NCBI GenBank assembly: GCA_016234065.1
Contig: JACQLJ010000012.1
Span: 1-25,470 of the forward strand
From: Candidatus Pacearchaeota archaeon
GTDB lineage: Archaea > Nanobdellota > Nanobdellia > Pacearchaeales > GW2011-AR1
Direction: 5' to 3'
Length of the DNA: 25,470 bases
Shown here piece by piece: positions 24,595-25,470 of this stretch (position 1 is its first letter; each line of letters begins with the position of its first letter). The position numbers were made by a program, and so were the translations under genes. The notes beneath the pieces are model-generated. The model saw nothing but the letters and a program-made list of their open reading frames with translations, ran no database searches and was not told the DNA's origin.

Positions 24595-24972
24595 ATGGGC
24601 TATGGAGAAGAGATAAATATGTTTGGGAATGACCCAGAAGACATTAAAACAATAGAAGATACAATAAGAGGTTATTTTTCAGAAAAAGGACACTACCTTG
24701 GGGTGGAGGAAAAAATTCTTAATGATCTTAGAGTTTCTCGAGCGAGAAGATTATCTGGAGAGGCAGCAGAAATTTGGGGTATAATAAATGATGAAAAAAC
24801 TAATGATGATTTTAGATTATTATTAAATCGTTTACATAGGGCAGGATTTGAAGATTGGTGTGGAAAAAGCTTGGCTTTTGGAGGAAGAGATTTTTATGGC
24901 TTAGAGAGCTTATTTAGATACTTATGGAGTTTACTTCAAAAATCAAACAATCTCTATCTAGACTTAAGATAA
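24595..24972 (+). CDS. hypothetical protein (125 aa)
   Basis: Clean ORF. No motif recognised. Confidence 0.45.
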   Translation: MGYGEEINMFGNDPEDIKTIEDTIRGYFSEKGHYLGVEEKILNDLRVSRARRLSGEAAEIWGIINDEKTNDDFRLLLNRLHRAGFEDWCGKSLAFGGRDFYGLESLFRYLWSLLQKSNNLYLDLR

Positions 24973-25033
24973 CCCAAAAAAGGAAAAATGGTTAGTTTCA
25001 TAAGGTTTAAAAGAAATCTTTCTACATAATAAA

Positions 25034-25225
25034 ATGGCAATTGAGTATACCCATATGGGATTTATGAAGATTGATGAAGTGGAATCCGAAGCAGAAACTA
25101 GAAGTATAAGAAATTTAGAAACAACACTTAAAGATAAAATAGCTTCTGGAAAATTAGTTGGAGAAAACTTAGAAGGCGCAAAATATGTCCTTGAAAGAAT
25201 TGCCCATAATTTTCCTTCTGACTAA
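25034..25225 (+). CDS. hypothetical small protein (63 aa)
   Basis: Clean ORF. No motif recognised. Confidence 0.35.
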   Translation: MAIEYTHMGFMKIDEVESEAETRSIRNLETTLKDKIASGKLVGENLEGAKYVLERIAHNFPSD

Positions 25226-25227
25226 AG

Positions 25228-25470
25228 TTAACTCTTCTTAACTTCCTTAATCAAAGTGTTGGCATCTTTTATCATCATTTCAACATCTTCATCTGTTAAG
25301 CCGTGGACTTTCGCACCAATTTCTATTGTATCATGATGCGAGAAATTACAGCCGAGGCAGTGCAATCCATAACCCAATAATATCGGAGTAATTTCAGGAT
25401 ATTTATCAATAATGTCATTGATTTTTACATCTTTAGTTATTAGTTCAATTTTCTTCGTTTCGGTATTCAT
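25228..25470 (-). CDS. DUF1858-like redox disulfide protein (hybrid-cluster-protein-associated domain)
   Basis: YPEITPILLGYGLHCLGC with a CxxC. The ATG is the last codon of the window, so the true start could lie further upstream. Confidence 0.55.
   Translation of the reverse strand: MNTETKKIELITKDVKINDIIDKYPEITPILLGYGLHCLGCNFSHHDTIEIGAKVHGLTDEDVEMMIKDANTLIKEVKKS

Noticed and set aside
1-25470. CRISPR arrays, rRNA genes, IS elements and integrases
   Set aside because: I saw no regularly spaced repeats, rRNA-like GC-rich blocks, or DDE/tyrosine-recombinase-like ORFs on either strand.

Overview
This is an AT-rich, gene-dense window that reads as a small-genome archaeon, probably DPANN-like (inference). 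Supporting markers are archaeal ribosomal proteins eL33 (L35Ae) and uL16 (L10e), archaeal-type GluRS and HisRS, and the diphthamide genes Dph2 and a Dph6-like ligase. Others are a class III signal-peptide pilin, a tRNA-His with a bulge-helix-bulge intron, and TTTATAAA-type TATA boxes about 25 nt upstream of several ATGs. I support about 37 CDS, 2 tRNAs, one interrupted ORF and a few non-coding elements. I saw no rRNA, CRISPR array, transposase or integrase. Genes are tightly packed, with many 4-nt ATGA overlaps. Signals the ORF track does not explain: (1) A 38-nt hairpin copies the acceptor stem of tRNA-His (G-1:C73, same U.U mismatch, identical 3' strand). It sits between tRNA-His and a phosphatase-hisS operon. 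(2) Two intergenic copies of a GC-rich element share ACAACTA..CTGG..ACTCGTGCCCC..GGTTAGTTGT and have pairing ends (5046-5106 and 13258-13390). (3) Two loci are built around paralogous Pol-beta nucleotidyltransferase/helical modules. One contains an endonuclease IV-like TIM barrel with a ~240-residue insertion. The other contains a possible His/Cys protease-like protein, a tandem-HTH protein and a Gly/Ala-rich hydrophobic protein. (4) The GluRS lacks its C-terminal anticodon-binding region. (5) A TrxR-like gene without the HRRxxxR NADPH motif is in an operon with a 2Fe-2S ferredoxin. (6) A Cys-rich unknown gene is wedged between two ribosomal protein genes. All functional calls come from motif recognition by eye; no searches were run.
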